Positions 39,978 through 50,470 of a stretch of 64,000 nt of DNA are shown in pieces (positions within the stretch are counted from its first letter, which is position 1; each line of letters starts with the position of its first letter). A program made the position numbers and the translations under genes. The DNA is from an uncultured Gammaproteobacteria bacterium. GTDB taxonomy: Bacteria; Patescibacteriota; Microgenomatia; CAYQLK01. The stretch lies in NCBI GenBank assembly GCA_964445355.1, contig CAYUKQ010000002.1:1590-65589 (forward strand). The letters run 5' to 3'. The notes under the pieces are model-generated. The model did not search any database. It was not told the origin of the DNA and was given only the letters and a program-made list of their open reading frames with translations.

Positions 39978-41255
39978 ATGGCTAAAGATAGAGTAATTGT
40001 CGGAATAGATATTGGCTCCTCCAAAGTGTGTACAATTATTGCTACTATCGACGAAGATTTAACGCCGCACATTATTGGTGTATCAGCAACCCCTTCAAAA
40101 GGAATTAGAAAAGGGCAAATTATTGATATAGAAGAATCTGTTGGTGCGGTGACCAAATCCATTGAAGCAGCTGAAAGAATGGCGGGATTTTCCGCGGGGA
40201 ACGCCTTTGTTTTGATTGGTGGTACGCATATCGAGTGTCAAAATTCCAAAGGAGTCGTAGCGATCAGTAGTACTAGTAGTGAGGTAGATCACGCAGATAT
40301 TAATCGGGTCATTGAAGCGGCCAGAGCCGTGTCACTACCATCTTCGCGAGAGGTGCTGCATGTAATACCAAGGCATTTTTCAATCGACTCCCAGACTGGC
40401 ATTAAAGATCCTGTTGGTATGACTGGTGTTCGTCTCGAGGTAGAAACACACCTTATCACTGGCGCTACCACGGCAATTCGTAATCTTGGCAAGTGTGTTC
40501 AGACCGTTGGTGTCGGTGTTGAATCAATGGTTTTTTCAGGTCTGGCAGCAGCTGAAGCTGTACTTTCAGATACTGAAAAGGAGTTAGGTGTAGTAGTTGT
40601 CGATATTGGTGGTGGTACGACAGACGTCGTAATCTATGTTGACGGCGCTGTTGCTCATTCTGCAGTCTTGCCTGTTGGGGCAAAAAACATTACTAACGAT
40701 ATTGCGATTGGGCAAAGAATTAGTTTGGAGTCTGCCGAAAAAATAAAACTTCATCTCTCCAAACCAAACTCCTTGAAGTTTCTCAAGCCGCAATCTGAAA
40801 AACCGACTCACAAAAAAGACGATTATTTGGATCTTTCAAGTCTTAATTTGGACGAATCGGTTGAAAAAGCTTCATTTAAAATGCTTACCGATGGTTTTAT
40901 CAAGCCGAGAGTTAATGAGATTCTTAAGATGGTTAAAGATGAAATAAAAAAATCCGGATTTGGTTCACTTACACCCGCTGGAGTAGTTTTAACTGGCGGA
41001 GGGGCACAAACAATAGGTATTGTAGAGCACGCGAAACGAGAATTAGGTATGCCGGTCAGATTGGGTAAGCCGCAATATGCGAAAGGCTTAATTGACGAAA
41101 TTTCAACACCTGAATACTCAGCCTCACTTGGTTTGATTCTGTTTGCACTAAAAACAGACACCTACGAAGACTCTCGTCTCCCCATTGTTGGTAGAGTAGA
41201 AATCAAAGAGAGTGTTACGAAAGCAGTTAATTGGGTAAAGTCTTTACTCCCCTAA
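39978..41255 (+). CDS. ftsA: Cell division protein FtsA
   Basis: Actin-fold motifs 'VGIDIGSSKV' and 'VVVDIGGGTTDV', with ftsZ downstream. Confidence 0.85.
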   Translation: MAKDRVIVGIDIGSSKVCTIIATIDEDLTPHIIGVSATPSKGIRKGQIIDIEESVGAVTKSIEAAERMAGFSAGNAFVLIGGTHIECQNSKGVVAISSTSSEVDHADINRVIEAARAVSLPSSREVLHVIPRHFSIDSQTGIKDPVGMTGVRLEVETHLITGATTAIRNLGKCVQTVGVGVESMVFSGLAAAEAVLSDTEKELGVVVVDIGGGTTDVVIYVDGAVAHSAVLPVGAKNITNDIAIGQRISLESAEKIKLHLSKPNSLKFLKPQSEKPTHKKDDYLDLSSLNLDESVEKASFKMLTDGFIKPRVNEILKMVKDEIKKSGFGSLTPAGVVLTGGGAQTIGIVEHAKRELGMPVRLGKPQYAKGLIDEISTPEYSASLGLILFALKTDTYEDSRLPIVGRVEIKESVTKAVNWVKSLLP

Positions 41256-41403
41256 TAATATCCATCAAAATCACTTGAATAAAGTTATATAATTTGTTAG
41301 AGTTCGACTAGACAATTTAGTCCAAATTCTTTCCCTGCCTATAAAACCATTACACGACTAAATTGTGAAAAATGATTAAAAAAAGTGTTCAATTAGTCAC
41401 AAA

Positions 41404-42615
41404 ATGCTTGTAAAACCAGAGGTAACAAATTTCGCAAAAATTAAAGTAATTGGTGTTGGTGGTGGCGGTGGAAACGCAATTAATTCTATGATCGCCGGAA
41501 ATACCATACACGATGTCGATTTTGTTGCAATAAACACGGATGCACAGCAATTATTATCTTCATTAGCGCCTGTTAAAGTTCAATTAGGTGACCAATTAAC
41601 CAAAGGTCTTGGTGCTGGTGCCGATCCTGAAATAGGCAGGCAGGCTGCAGAGGAATCGATAGACAAAATTCAGGAAGTTCTAGAAGGATCAGACATGGTA
41701 TTCGTGACATATGGTGGTGGCGGTGGTACCGGGACCGGAGCCGGACCAGTTGTAGCATCAGTTGCCAAAAAATTAGGCATTTTGACAGTTGCAGTAGTGA
41801 CAAAACCATTTGCTTTTGAAGGAACACGTCGTATGCTGATTGCCGAAGAGGGTATTGCTAATCTCAGAGACAATGTTGATACGCTTATTGTTATTCCTAA
41901 TCAAAGACTAATTGAAGTAGTAGATAAGAAGGTTTCGCTAATCGACGCGTTTAAGCTTTCTGATACTATTTTAACCAACGGCGTTCAGGGTATTTCAGAT
42001 TTGATAACTGTATCCGGGAATATTAATGTTGACTTTGCGGACGTTAAAGCAGTAATGAAAGATTCTGGTTCTGCACTAATGGGTATGGGTATTGCTTCAG
42101 GTGATAATCGGGCAATTAACGCCGCTCGGCAAGCGGTGGTTTCGCCACTATTGGACGTATCAATTGAAGGAGCAAAAGGTCTGCTTTTTAATATTACGGG
42201 TGGTCCGGATCTTTCTCTTTCAGAAGTTGACGAAGCAGCACAGGTAATCACAAAACCAGCCGATCCTGACGCTCAAATAATATATGGCTATACAATAGAT
42301 GAAAATATGGTCGATCAGATAAAGATCACTGTCGTTGCTACGGGTTTTGATGACGAAATAAAATTAGGCGGCGGTTATGCTTCGCCGTCGACGTACGCAC
42401 AACGTCCGGTTTATGAAGAAGATGACACAAAAAACCGTAGGGATGATGACTACGATGAAGATCGAAATAATTTTTCCAAGTCGCCCGCTTCTTCAAATCA
42501 CTCTGAGTCAAATCTCTCTTCTGTCCATGAAGAGGCAAAATCTATTGAAGAAAAAGAAGAGTTTGTTGAAGAAGATGAGTGGGATGTTCCTGCCTTCCTT
42601 CGTCAGCGAAATTAA
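41404..42615 (+). CDS. ftsZ: Cell division GTPase FtsZ
   Basis: '[15 protein letters not shown]' and '[10 protein letters not shown]' tubulin signature, followed by an acidic C-terminal tail. Confidence 0.9.
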   Translation: MLVKPEVTNFAKIKVIGVGGGGGNAINSMIAGNTIHDVDFVAINTDAQQLLSSLAPVKVQLGDQLTKGLGAGADPEIGRQAAEESIDKIQEVLEGSDMVFVTYGGGGGTGTGAGPVVASVAKKLGILTVAVVTKPFAFEGTRRMLIAEEGIANLRDNVDTLIVIPNQRLIEVVDKKVSLIDAFKLSDTILTNGVQGISDLITVSGNINVDFADVKAVMKDSGSALMGMGIASGDNRAINAARQAVVSPLLDVSIEGAKGLLFNITGGPDLSLSEVDEAAQVITKPADPDAQIIYGYTIDENMVDQIKITVVATGFDDEIKLGGGYASPSTYAQRPVYEEDDTKNRRDDDYDEDRNNFSKSPASSNHSESNLSSVHEEAKSIEEKEEFVEEDEWDVPAFLRQRN

Positions 42616-42661
42616 GCTAACATAATAGGATAAATAGAAAATTAAAAACCTTTAATACTTC

Positions 42662-44290
42662 GTGGTTAAAAAACCTAGAAAATACATTTTTGTATCTGGT
42701 GGTGTAATTTCCGGAGTCGGAAAAGGTATAACGACCGCTTCAATCAGTCTTCTGCTCAAAAGTCACGGCTTTAAGGTTTCCCCTTTTAAATGCGATCCAT
42801 ATATAAACGTCGACGCAGGAACAATGAACCCTACCGAGCACGGTGAAGTGTTCGTTACTGACGATGGTGCAGAAACTGATCAAGACTTAGGTAATTATGA
42901 AAGGTTTCTAAATGAAAATCTTTCAAAATTTAATTTCACAACAACTGGAAAAGTTTATTCTGAGATAATCGATCGAGAGCGACGATTGGAGTTTGGTGGG
43001 CGATGTGTTGAGGTTGTTCCTGACGTCCCCAACGAAATTATCAGACAAATCAATCTTCTGGCTGACAAATCTCGATCTGATATCGTTGTGATCGAGATCG
43101 GCGGAACCGTTGGCGAGTACCAAAATACGCTTTTTCTCGAAGCTAATAGATTGCTTAAATTACATAATCCCAACGATGTTGTACACATACACGTAGGGTA
43201 TTTGCCAACTCCAAAATCTATCGGTGAAATGAAGTCGAAACCAATACAAATGTCTGTTCGCATGCTTAACTCATTCGGTTTGCAGCCAGACTTTTTAATT
43301 TGTCGGTCAGAAGTCCCTATGGATCAAAAACGCAAAGACAAACTATCACTCTTTTGCAATATCTTGCCTCAGAATATTATTTCCAATCCAGATGTAGATT
43401 CAATTTATGATATTCCGCTTATTTTAAATTCGCAAAAATTTTGCCAGCGAATTTTAAAAAAACTACATTTGAATCCTAAAAAAGTCAAATTATCTTCCTG
43501 GGAAAGATTTGTTCAAAAATCAAAATCAACAAAAAAAGAAATAAAAATTGCTATTGTGGGTAAATATTTCAACACTGGTGATTTTAATCTTTCAGACTCA
43601 TACATATCTGTTATCGAAGCAGTCAAACATGCAGCTATTGCAAACAACGTTTCAGTTCAGCTCTCTTGGGTCGATTCACAATTATTAACTAGTGACAAAA
43701 CAGCCAAGGAAATTTTATCGCAATATAAAGGCATAGTTGTTCCAGGCGGTTTTGGTGTCAGAGGGGTCGAAGGAATTCTGCGAGCAATCAAGTATTCAAG
43801 AATGGAGAATATTCCTTACTTGGGCTTGTGTTACGGGCTACACTTGGCTGTTGTTGAATTTTGCAGAAATGTAATTGGACTTAATGATGCTGACACCACC
43901 GAAATATCCCCCAAGACTCCAAACCCTGTTATTGATATTATGGAAAGTCAAAAAGCAAAACTTGCCAATATGCAGATGGGCAACTCTATGCGGTTAGGTT
44001 TATATAAATGTAAGATTTCCAACGGAACCTTAGCCAAGAAGATCTTTGGCAAAAGTATGATTTCAGAACGGCATCGTCATCGTTGGGAGGTGAATAATGC
44101 GTACTTACCAAAACTAATCAAAAGTGGAATGGTCATTAGTGGGGTAAATCCGCAATCTAATTTAGTTGAAATTATTGAGCTACCACAACATAAATTTTTC
44201 ATCGCCAGTCAGTTTCATCCCGAGTTGATGTCACGTCCACTCGCCCCACATCCAATGTTCGTTTCGTTCATAAAATCAACAATAAAATAA
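42662..44290 (+). CDS. pyrG: CTP synthase PyrG
   Basis: GTG start. 'YIFVSGGVISGVGKG' synthase N-terminus and a C-terminal glutamine amidotransferase domain (GLCYG). Confidence 0.85.
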   Translation: MVKKPRKYIFVSGGVISGVGKGITTASISLLLKSHGFKVSPFKCDPYINVDAGTMNPTEHGEVFVTDDGAETDQDLGNYERFLNENLSKFNFTTTGKVYSEIIDRERRLEFGGRCVEVVPDVPNEIIRQINLLADKSRSDIVVIEIGGTVGEYQNTLFLEANRLLKLHNPNDVVHIHVGYLPTPKSIGEMKSKPIQMSVRMLNSFGLQPDFLICRSEVPMDQKRKDKLSLFCNILPQNIISNPDVDSIYDIPLILNSQKFCQRILKKLHLNPKKVKLSSWERFVQKSKSTKKEIKIAIVGKYFNTGDFNLSDSYISVIEAVKHAAIANNVSVQLSWVDSQLLTSDKTAKEILSQYKGIVVPGGFGVRGVEGILRAIKYSRMENIPYLGLCYGLHLAVVEFCRNVIGLNDADTTEISPKTPNPVIDIMESQKAKLANMQMGNSMRLGLYKCKISNGTLAKKIFGKSMISERHRHRWEVNNAYLPKLIKSGMVISGVNPQSNLVEIIELPQHKFFIASQFHPELMSRPLAPHPMFVSFIKSTIK

Positions 44291-44317
44291 AATCCATTGT
44301 TGTTTATGGTTTTTTTT
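44291..44317 (+). terminator. Weak intrinsic terminator after pyrG (imperfect AT-rich stem plus T8)
   Basis: aatccat-tgttgttt-atgg followed by tttttttt. Confidence 0.35.
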
Positions 44318-44352
44318 GGCATAATCAGCCACACACTTTCATTTAATTCGTA

Positions 44353-47163
44353 ATGATTAAGAAAAAATTAGCATCTAATCAAAATTTTATAGAACTTGAA
44401 AAAGAAGTACTGGATTTTTGGTATAAGGAAAAAATTGTTGATCAATATCTTCAAAAAAACAAAAATTCTAAGACGACCTTTTCGTTCATCGATGGACCAA
44501 TTACCGCCAATAACAAAATGGGCGTTCATCACGGCTGGGGTAGAACATACAAAGATATTTTTCAAAGGTATCATACTCTCCTTGGAGATGCGCAAAGATA
44601 TCAGAACGGTTTTGATTGTCAAGGGTTATGGGTTGAAGTCGAGGTTGAAAAAGAGCTCGGGTTCAAGACGAAAAAAGACATTGAATCTTACGGGATAGAC
44701 CTTTTTGTCGAAAAATGTAAAGAAAGAGTAGTTAAATACGCGCATACAATTACCGAGCAAAGCAAAAGACTTGGCTATCTTATGGATTGGGAAAATTCAT
44801 ATTTCACCATGTCTGAAGAAAATAATTATGCAATTTGGAACTTTCTTAAACAATGTCACGAAAAGGGCTGGATATACAAAGGTCGTGACGCTGTACCCTG
44901 GTGCCCTCGTTGTGGAACAGCGATCTCTCAACATGAGATATTATCTGAAGAATATCAAAATATTACTCACAAATCGATATATTTTGCACTACCTATCATC
45001 AATGACGATCGTAAACTCTTGGTTTGGACAACAACACCTTGGACAATTCCGGGTAACGTAGCTGTGGCGGTAAATCCTGAACTGGATTACGTTCAGATTA
45101 AATCAGGTCATGATCAGTTTATACTTGCGAAAAAAATGGCCAACAAGATTATTCCCAATGCCACAATTATTAAAGAACTCAAAGGCAAAGAAATACTCGA
45201 TTTAGAATACTCTGGACCTTTTGACGACCTCAGTCTATTAACTAATATTAATCATCGGGTTGTTTCCGCACCCGAATTAGTTACAGAATCCGAAGGAACC
45301 GGTCTTGTGCATATTGCTCCAGGAGCAGGTATGGAGGATTTTGCATTAAGCAAAGAGTACGACCTTGCCGTGATCAATCTAATTGGTGAAGACGCGGTCT
45401 ATAATCAAGATCTTGATTATCTGAGTGGCAAAAACGCCAAAGATAATCCGGAGATGATCATCGAACTTCTAAAAGAGCGGGGATTTTTATTTAAAACACT
45501 TGACTATACTCATCGCTACCCTAACTGTTGGCGGTGTAAGACAGAATTAGTTTTTAGAGTAGTTGATGAATGGTATATCTCGATGGATACACCTGATCAA
45601 ACCGGTAAAACTTTTCGGGAGCAAATTATTCAGAGTGCCAACATGGCCAACTGGATGCCGCAGTGGGGTTTATACCGAGAACTTGATTGGTTGAAAAACA
45701 TGCATGATTGGTTGATTTCCAAAAAAAGATACTGGGGTTTGGCTCTACCGATTTATGAATGTCAATCATGCTCTAGTTTTCAAGTTATCGGCTCAAAGGG
45801 TGAACTTAAAGAAAAGGCGGTTATCGGTTGGCAAGATTTCGAAGGCAATACTCCACACAGGCCATACATCGATCACGTCGAAATAAATTGTGACAAATGT
45901 AATCAACCAACCAAACGCATACTAGATGTGGGCAATCCATGGCTTGATGCTGGAATTGTCCCGGAGGCAACACTGAAATATGGAGTTGATCAAGCATATT
46001 TTGACAAATGGTTTCCGGCTGACTTCGTCGTAGAGGGGTTTCCCGGGCAATTTAAAAACTGGTTTTATTCTTTACTTGCAATGTCAACAGTTCTTACGGG
46101 ACAGTCTCCATTCAAGAATCTATTAGGACATGGCAATGTTTTGGATGAAAACGGTAAAGAAATGCATAAAAGCACCGGAAATGCGATCTGGTTCGACGAC
46201 GCCGCAGAAGAAATGGGCTCCGATATTATGCGCATCATGTATGCCCTGGCTAATCCAGAGCTCAATCTCAAATTTGGATACAAGACAGCATCTGACATTA
46301 AGCGACGATTCTATTTGATTTTCTGGAATTCATTTTTGTTTTATTACAACAACGAGAACAAACACTCATTCACTACGGAGTCAAAACATGTCCTTGATCT
46401 TTGGATCCTGGATGCGCTCGGTGAGTTAATTGCTGATTGTCAAAAATCACTTGAAAATTTTGACGCTTCAAGCGCAATGAGGGCGATCGAAAGATTTATC
46501 GTTAATGATCTGTCTGGTTGGTATATTAGACTTTCGAGGAAGAGAGCTGAAGATCCGCAAACATCCGATCAGGTATTGGTCACATTAAGGAAGGTCTTTA
46601 CGGATCTGTCAATCATTTTATCCCCATTCGCTCCTTTTATTTCCGAAAAAATTTACACGCTTACTACCGGCAATAAGTCAGTACTATTAGAAAATTGGCC
46701 AAAAATTTCCCCTGCGGATAAATCGCTGACTACAATTACTGAAAATATTAGACTTACAAGAGAGCTGGCTGAACTTGGCCATTCCACTCGTAAATCACTT
46801 GGAATAAAAGTCCGACAAACTATCGATGCTAACTACACTTCACCAGAAAGATTAGACAATATTTATGAAGAAATGCTTTGTATTGAGCTAAATATTCGTA
46901 ACCTTACACATGCTAAAGGTGAAAATAAAAAAATTACAATTAATGACAACTACAAAACAGACAAAGAATTGATTAATTTGGGTATCACACGTGATTTAAT
47001 TAGAGAGATTCAAACTTTAAGGAAAAATCAGCGGCTAAATAAATCTCAAAAAATAAAAATCTATTTACCTTCCTGGCCGGAAGAAATGACAGAAGCAATT
47101 TTAAATGCCACCTCTGCTACAGAAATAATCAAAGACCCAGAACTTAAAATTGAACTAGTATAA
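44353..47163 (+). CDS. ileS: Isoleucine--tRNA ligase (type 2 / eukaryote-like)
   Basis: Class I HIGH region 'DGPITANNKMGVHHGWGRTYKDIFQRY', KMSKS variant 'EMHKSTGN', and several CxxC zinc knuckles. At 936 aa and placed after the dcw cluster, it matches the usual position of ileS. Confidence 0.7.
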   Translation: MIKKKLASNQNFIELEKEVLDFWYKEKIVDQYLQKNKNSKTTFSFIDGPITANNKMGVHHGWGRTYKDIFQRYHTLLGDAQRYQNGFDCQGLWVEVEVEKELGFKTKKDIESYGIDLFVEKCKERVVKYAHTITEQSKRLGYLMDWENSYFTMSEENNYAIWNFLKQCHEKGWIYKGRDAVPWCPRCGTAISQHEILSEEYQNITHKSIYFALPIINDDRKLLVWTTTPWTIPGNVAVAVNPELDYVQIKSGHDQFILAKKMANKIIPNATIIKELKGKEILDLEYSGPFDDLSLLTNINHRVVSAPELVTESEGTGLVHIAPGAGMEDFALSKEYDLAVINLIGEDAVYNQDLDYLSGKNAKDNPEMIIELLKERGFLFKTLDYTHRYPNCWRCKTELVFRVVDEWYISMDTPDQTGKTFREQIIQSANMANWMPQWGLYRELDWLKNMHDWLISKKRYWGLALPIYECQSCSSFQVIGSKGELKEKAVIGWQDFEGNTPHRPYIDHVEINCDKCNQPTKRILDVGNPWLDAGIVPEATLKYGVDQAYFDKWFPADFVVEGFPGQFKNWFYSLLAMSTVLTGQSPFKNLLGHGNVLDENGKEMHKSTGNAIWFDDAAEEMGSDIMRIMYALANPELNLKFGYKTASDIKRRFYLIFWNSFLFYYNNENKHSFTTESKHVLDLWILDALGELIADCQKSLENFDASSAMRAIERFIVNDLSGWYIRLSRKRAEDPQTSDQVLVTLRKVFTDLSIILSPFAPFISEKIYTLTTGNKSVLLENWPKISPADKSLTTITENIRLTRELAELGHSTRKSLGIKVRQTIDANYTSPERLDNIYEEMLCIELNIRNLTHAKGENKKITINDNYKTDKELINLGITRDLIREIQTLRKNQRLNKSQKIKIYLPSWPEEMTEAILNATSATEIIKDPELKIELV

Positions 47164-47173
47164 TCTAAGCGAA

Positions 47174-48235
47174 ATGTTTTCGATTAGATATATATTCTGG
47201 ACCCTGCTTCCATTTGTTGCGATTTTACTTTTTGGCGCACTCGGTGTCGCGAGTACCGAAATATCATTACTACCTAATCAGCTTACTTATTATGCGCTAG
47301 GCATAATCATTATCGCGATCTTTACGTTCCTTGATACGAGCCTGATTCAAAAATTTTCTATATATTTTTTTATCTTCGTCATTCTGTCACTGATAGCTGT
47401 GTTAATCTTTGGCGAAAATATTCGTGGTTCTGTGCGTTGGTTTGATTTTGGATCCTTCAGGTTTCAGCCGTCTGAGTTAGCAAAATCAGCAACGATTTTT
47501 TTCCTCGCATCACTGATTTCATTTACTGAAGGTCTTGGTCGGCGTATTCAAATTTTTTCTAGTCTGGCAGTAGCATGTATTCCTTTTATACTAATTTTTA
47601 TTCAGCCTGATTTAGGTTCTGCGATGCCAATTTTGTTGATCTGGTTTTCTATGATATTTATCAAAGGATTACAAACGCGATACATTCTATTCCTGGTGAT
47701 ATTTTTTATTATTTCGCTACCGATTAGTTGGACACTGCTCGCCCCATACCAAAAAGAGCGCGTTAATACTTTTTTTAACCCAACCCAAGACCCGTTAGGT
47801 GCAGGTTATGCAGTTATTCAATCCCAGATTTCAGTCGGCTCAGGAGAGTTTTTTGGCAAGGGTCTAAGTCGCGGAACACAGAGCCAGTTGAATTTTTTAC
47901 CAGAAAAACATACTGATTTTGTTTTTGCTTCTGTAGCTGAAGAAGTTGGATTTTTAGGGTCATTCGTGATCTTACTTTCATTCTCAACTCTTGTCTCATC
48001 AATCTTCTATTACGCTTCACGTATTCAAAATAGTTTTGCAACGTTGGTACTTATTTCAGCCGGAACACTCGTATTGTTTCAGTTTTTTGTAGCCATAGGA
48101 ATGAATTTAGGCTTATTACCGGTTACTGGTATCACTCTGCCTTTTATTTCTTATGGTGGTTCATCTATTCTCAGTTTATCGCTGATCCTTGGGGTAGTTA
48201 ATGGAATCATAGTACAGAACCGATTGTCTAAGTAG
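47174..48235 (+). CDS. Second SEDS-family (RodA/FtsW-type) peptidoglycan glycosyltransferase
   Basis: Ten-TM protein with an FtsW/RodA family C-terminus 'LPVTGITLPFISYGGSS'. Confidence 0.65.
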   Translation: MFSIRYIFWTLLPFVAILLFGALGVASTEISLLPNQLTYYALGIIIIAIFTFLDTSLIQKFSIYFFIFVILSLIAVLIFGENIRGSVRWFDFGSFRFQPSELAKSATIFFLASLISFTEGLGRRIQIFSSLAVACIPFILIFIQPDLGSAMPILLIWFSMIFIKGLQTRYILFLVIFFIISLPISWTLLAPYQKERVNTFFNPTQDPLGAGYAVIQSQISVGSGEFFGKGLSRGTQSQLNFLPEKHTDFVFASVAEEVGFLGSFVILLSFSTLVSSIFYYASRIQNSFATLVLISAGTLVLFQFFVAIGMNLGLLPVTGITLPFISYGGSSILSLSLILGVVNGIIVQNRLSK

Positions 48236-48256
48236 CATTTCTGCCTTTATACAACC

Positions 48257-48286
48257 TTGACATGCTTATAGTGTCTACACTAAAAT
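48257..48286 (+). promoter_or_regulatory. Putative promoter for rplU-rpmA (TTGACA-18-TAAAAT)
   Basis: Consensus -35 at 48257-48262 and -10 at 48281-48286, 22 nt before the rplU ATG. Confidence 0.4.
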
Positions 48287-48307
48287 ACCCACTCGTTACT
48301 AAACATT

Positions 48308-48616
48308 ATGCAAAAAGCAGTCATACTAACCGGCGGTAAACAATTTTTGGTCTCAGTTGGTGATACGATCAAGGCTGAAAAGATCAAAACTGACGCAAAG
48401 ACCATCAAACTTGAAGAAGTCTTGGCGATAACAGATGGTAAAAAATACACATTTGGCAAACCATTCATTAAAGAAGCGATCGTTGAGGCTGAAATAATTA
48501 AAAATTTCAAAGAGGACAAAGTGCAGGTATTAAAATTCCGTTCAAAATCACGATATCGTCGTCGCAATGGTCATCGTCAGTCAAAAACATTATTAAAAAT
48601 TACTAAAATTTCATAA
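48308..48616 (+). CDS. rplU: 50S ribosomal protein L21
   Basis: 'AVILTGGKQFLVSVGDTI' L21 N-terminus. Confidence 0.85.
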   Translation: MQKAVILTGGKQFLVSVGDTIKAEKIKTDAKTIKLEEVLAITDGKKYTFGKPFIKEAIVEAEIIKNFKEDKVQVLKFRSKSRYRRRNGHRQSKTLLKITKIS

Positions 48617-48625
48617 TTTTCACAC

Positions 48626-48655
48626 TTGACTTAAGGCGTGAAAAAAATCTAAAAT
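48626..48655 (+). promoter_or_regulatory. Possible internal promoter before rpmA (TTGACT-18-TAAAAT)
   Basis: Hexamers at 48626-48631 and 48650-48655. Confidence 0.3.
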
Positions 48656-48667
48656 CTCAATCATCAT

Positions 48668-48937
48668 ATGGCACACAAAAAAGGCGGAGGCGCAACCAGA
48701 GGTAATAAAGACAGTATCTCCAAGCGACTTGGTGTAAAAAAATACGGTGGTCAGCAAGTTTTGGCTGGAAATATCATTGTTAGACAAAAAGGAACCAAAT
48801 TTCATCCAGGTGCGAATGTTGGAGTTGGTAATGATTTTACTCTTTTTGCTCTAACCTCAGGTGTGGTTAACTTTTCTGTCAGACGCGGACGCAAACTGGT
48901 CAGTGTTTTTGAAAAAGCCGTGGTCAAAAATAGTTAA
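48668..48937 (+). CDS. rpmA: 50S ribosomal protein L27
   Basis: '[16 protein letters not shown]' L27 N-terminus. Confidence 0.9.
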   Translation: MAHKKGGGATRGNKDSISKRLGVKKYGGQQVLAGNIIVRQKGTKFHPGANVGVGNDFTLFALTSGVVNFSVRRGRKLVSVFEKAVVKNS

Positions 48938-48939
48938 CT

Positions 48940-49776
48940 ATGGCAGAGTCGACACAGACCGAGCTTGACATCAACCTACTTCAACCTAATCCTCTACAAC
49001 CACGCGGCATTATCACCCCAGAATCTTTGGTCGAACTTGTCGACTCTATCCGTGAGCACGGCGTTTTAGAACCAATCATTGTTGCTCAAACTCCCGCTGG
49101 TTATCAGATTATTGCCGGCGAGAGGCGCTGGAGGGCATCGAAAATTGCCGGTCTTGCCAGAGTTCCCGTTAGTATCAAAATAACCACCCCACAAGGCATG
49201 TTGGAGATGGCAATAGTCGAAAACGTGCAGCGAATCGATCTTAATCCGCTTGAGCGCTCCAAGGCATATATGCGATTAATGGAAGAGTTCAATCTTAGTA
49301 ATCAAGAAATTGCAAAAAGGGTCGGAAAATCACCTTCTTATATCAGTAACACAATTCGACTTTTAAGCCTTCCAGACGCCCTCAAAGACGCTTTAGCTAG
49401 CGGGGCAACTACCGAAGGGCATGCCAGAGCCCTAGCCTCACTTGAAGACTCGCATTTAATTGTCGAAGCATACCGTCAAGTGCTAGCCAAGAACCTTTCC
49501 GTTCGAGCGACAGAGGAATTGGCACGCAAGATGAAAGCCAATAATAATATTGAGCCCAAAACCCGTGCTTCGATCGCAGCCCGACATTCTGATGAAATTG
49601 AAACGATACAGACCAATCTTACCGACAAGCTTTCTAATTTAAGCAGTTCCAAAGCTAAAGTTAAGCTTACCCAAAGCAGGGTCGAAGCAAGAATTCAGAT
49701 CGTTATTAAAGGAAAAACGGATTTGACGACTGATATGCTTAATCGGATTTCTGAAGCGATTTTAAAAATTTCCTGA
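48940..49776 (+). CDS. parB: ParB/Spo0J-family partition protein
   Basis: 'LEPIIVAQTPAGYQIIAGERRWRASKIAGLARVPV' ParB box plus an HTH segment. Confidence 0.75.
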   Translation: MAESTQTELDINLLQPNPLQPRGIITPESLVELVDSIREHGVLEPIIVAQTPAGYQIIAGERRWRASKIAGLARVPVSIKITTPQGMLEMAIVENVQRIDLNPLERSKAYMRLMEEFNLSNQEIAKRVGKSPSYISNTIRLLSLPDALKDALASGATTEGHARALASLEDSHLIVEAYRQVLAKNLSVRATEELARKMKANNNIEPKTRASIAARHSDEIETIQTNLTDKLSNLSSSKAKVKLTQSRVEARIQIVIKGKTDLTTDMLNRISEAILKIS

Positions 49777-49780
49777 AGTT

Positions 49781-50353
49781 TTATTTAACTAGCCGTATTC
49801 CGCCAAATGTGTCCGTCTTAAAAATCGGCCAATAGACCACCCAAGCTTTCCCAGTTATTTCGTCCTCTTTAACTGTTCCCCAGTCACGCGAATCAGAACT
49901 ATGATCCCTATTATCTCCCATCACAAAATATTCACCATCAGGCACAACAAATTCCTTATCCTCGACCACATAACCTTGTTTGAGCGCAAGCGCAGGTTTA
50001 TCGGTGAACCTCGTCAAATCAATTTCATTATCGTTAATATAGACCTTACCTTGGCTAAATAGCATTTTATCGCCGGGCATCCCAACAATACGTTTAATAA
50101 AGTCAAATTTTGGTGCTTTTGGTGCCTTAAATACCACCACATCTCCGAATTCAGGCTTACCGAACAAATACGAGATTTTTTGCGTTAGTATGAGCTCACC
50201 ATCGTGAAAATTCGGCTCCATCGATGCCCCTTTAATGCGATGAGGTTGAATGATGAATAGATTAAGTATAAAAAATATCACAATTGCGATCACAACTGTT
50301 TCGATAATGTCTCGCAAAAAACCAAGCATTGTGTTAAGTGCAGTTTGATTCAT
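49781..50353 (-). CDS. lepB: Signal peptidase I
   Basis: 'GASMEPNFHDGE' Ser box, 'KRIVGMPGD' Lys box and 'GDNRDHSSDSRDWG' box E. Confidence 0.8.
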   Translation of the reverse strand: MNQTALNTMLGFLRDIIETVVIAIVIFFILNLFIIQPHRIKGASMEPNFHDGELILTQKISYLFGKPEFGDVVVFKAPKAPKFDFIKRIVGMPGDKMLFSQGKVYINDNEIDLTRFTDKPALALKQGYVVEDKEFVVPDGEYFVMGDNRDHSSDSRDWGTVKEDEITGKAWVVYWPIFKTDTFGGIRLVK

Positions 50354-50470
50354 ACCTTATAGATTCTAACAAAAATCAGTACTCATCTTTTGGTTAATTT
50401 CAATCGATTTCAATCAAATCTAACTAATTTCTCAGTTTTGAGTAAGGAAAAATGTTTATAATCACACACA

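Noticed and set aside
41300-41403. GACTA-N7-TAGTC palindrome and related half-sites upstream of ftsZ; no clean sigma70 promoter
   Set aside because: The arms are short (5 bp) and AT-rich, and the nearby -35/-10 candidates have non-canonical spacing. That is not enough to call a regulatory site.
40095-42538. Cluster of 60-110-aa minus-strand ORFs across ftsA/ftsZ
   Set aside because: They are antisense to well-supported, highly conserved genes (FtsA, FtsZ). They arise from GC-rich, Gly/Ala-codon-rich sense sequence.
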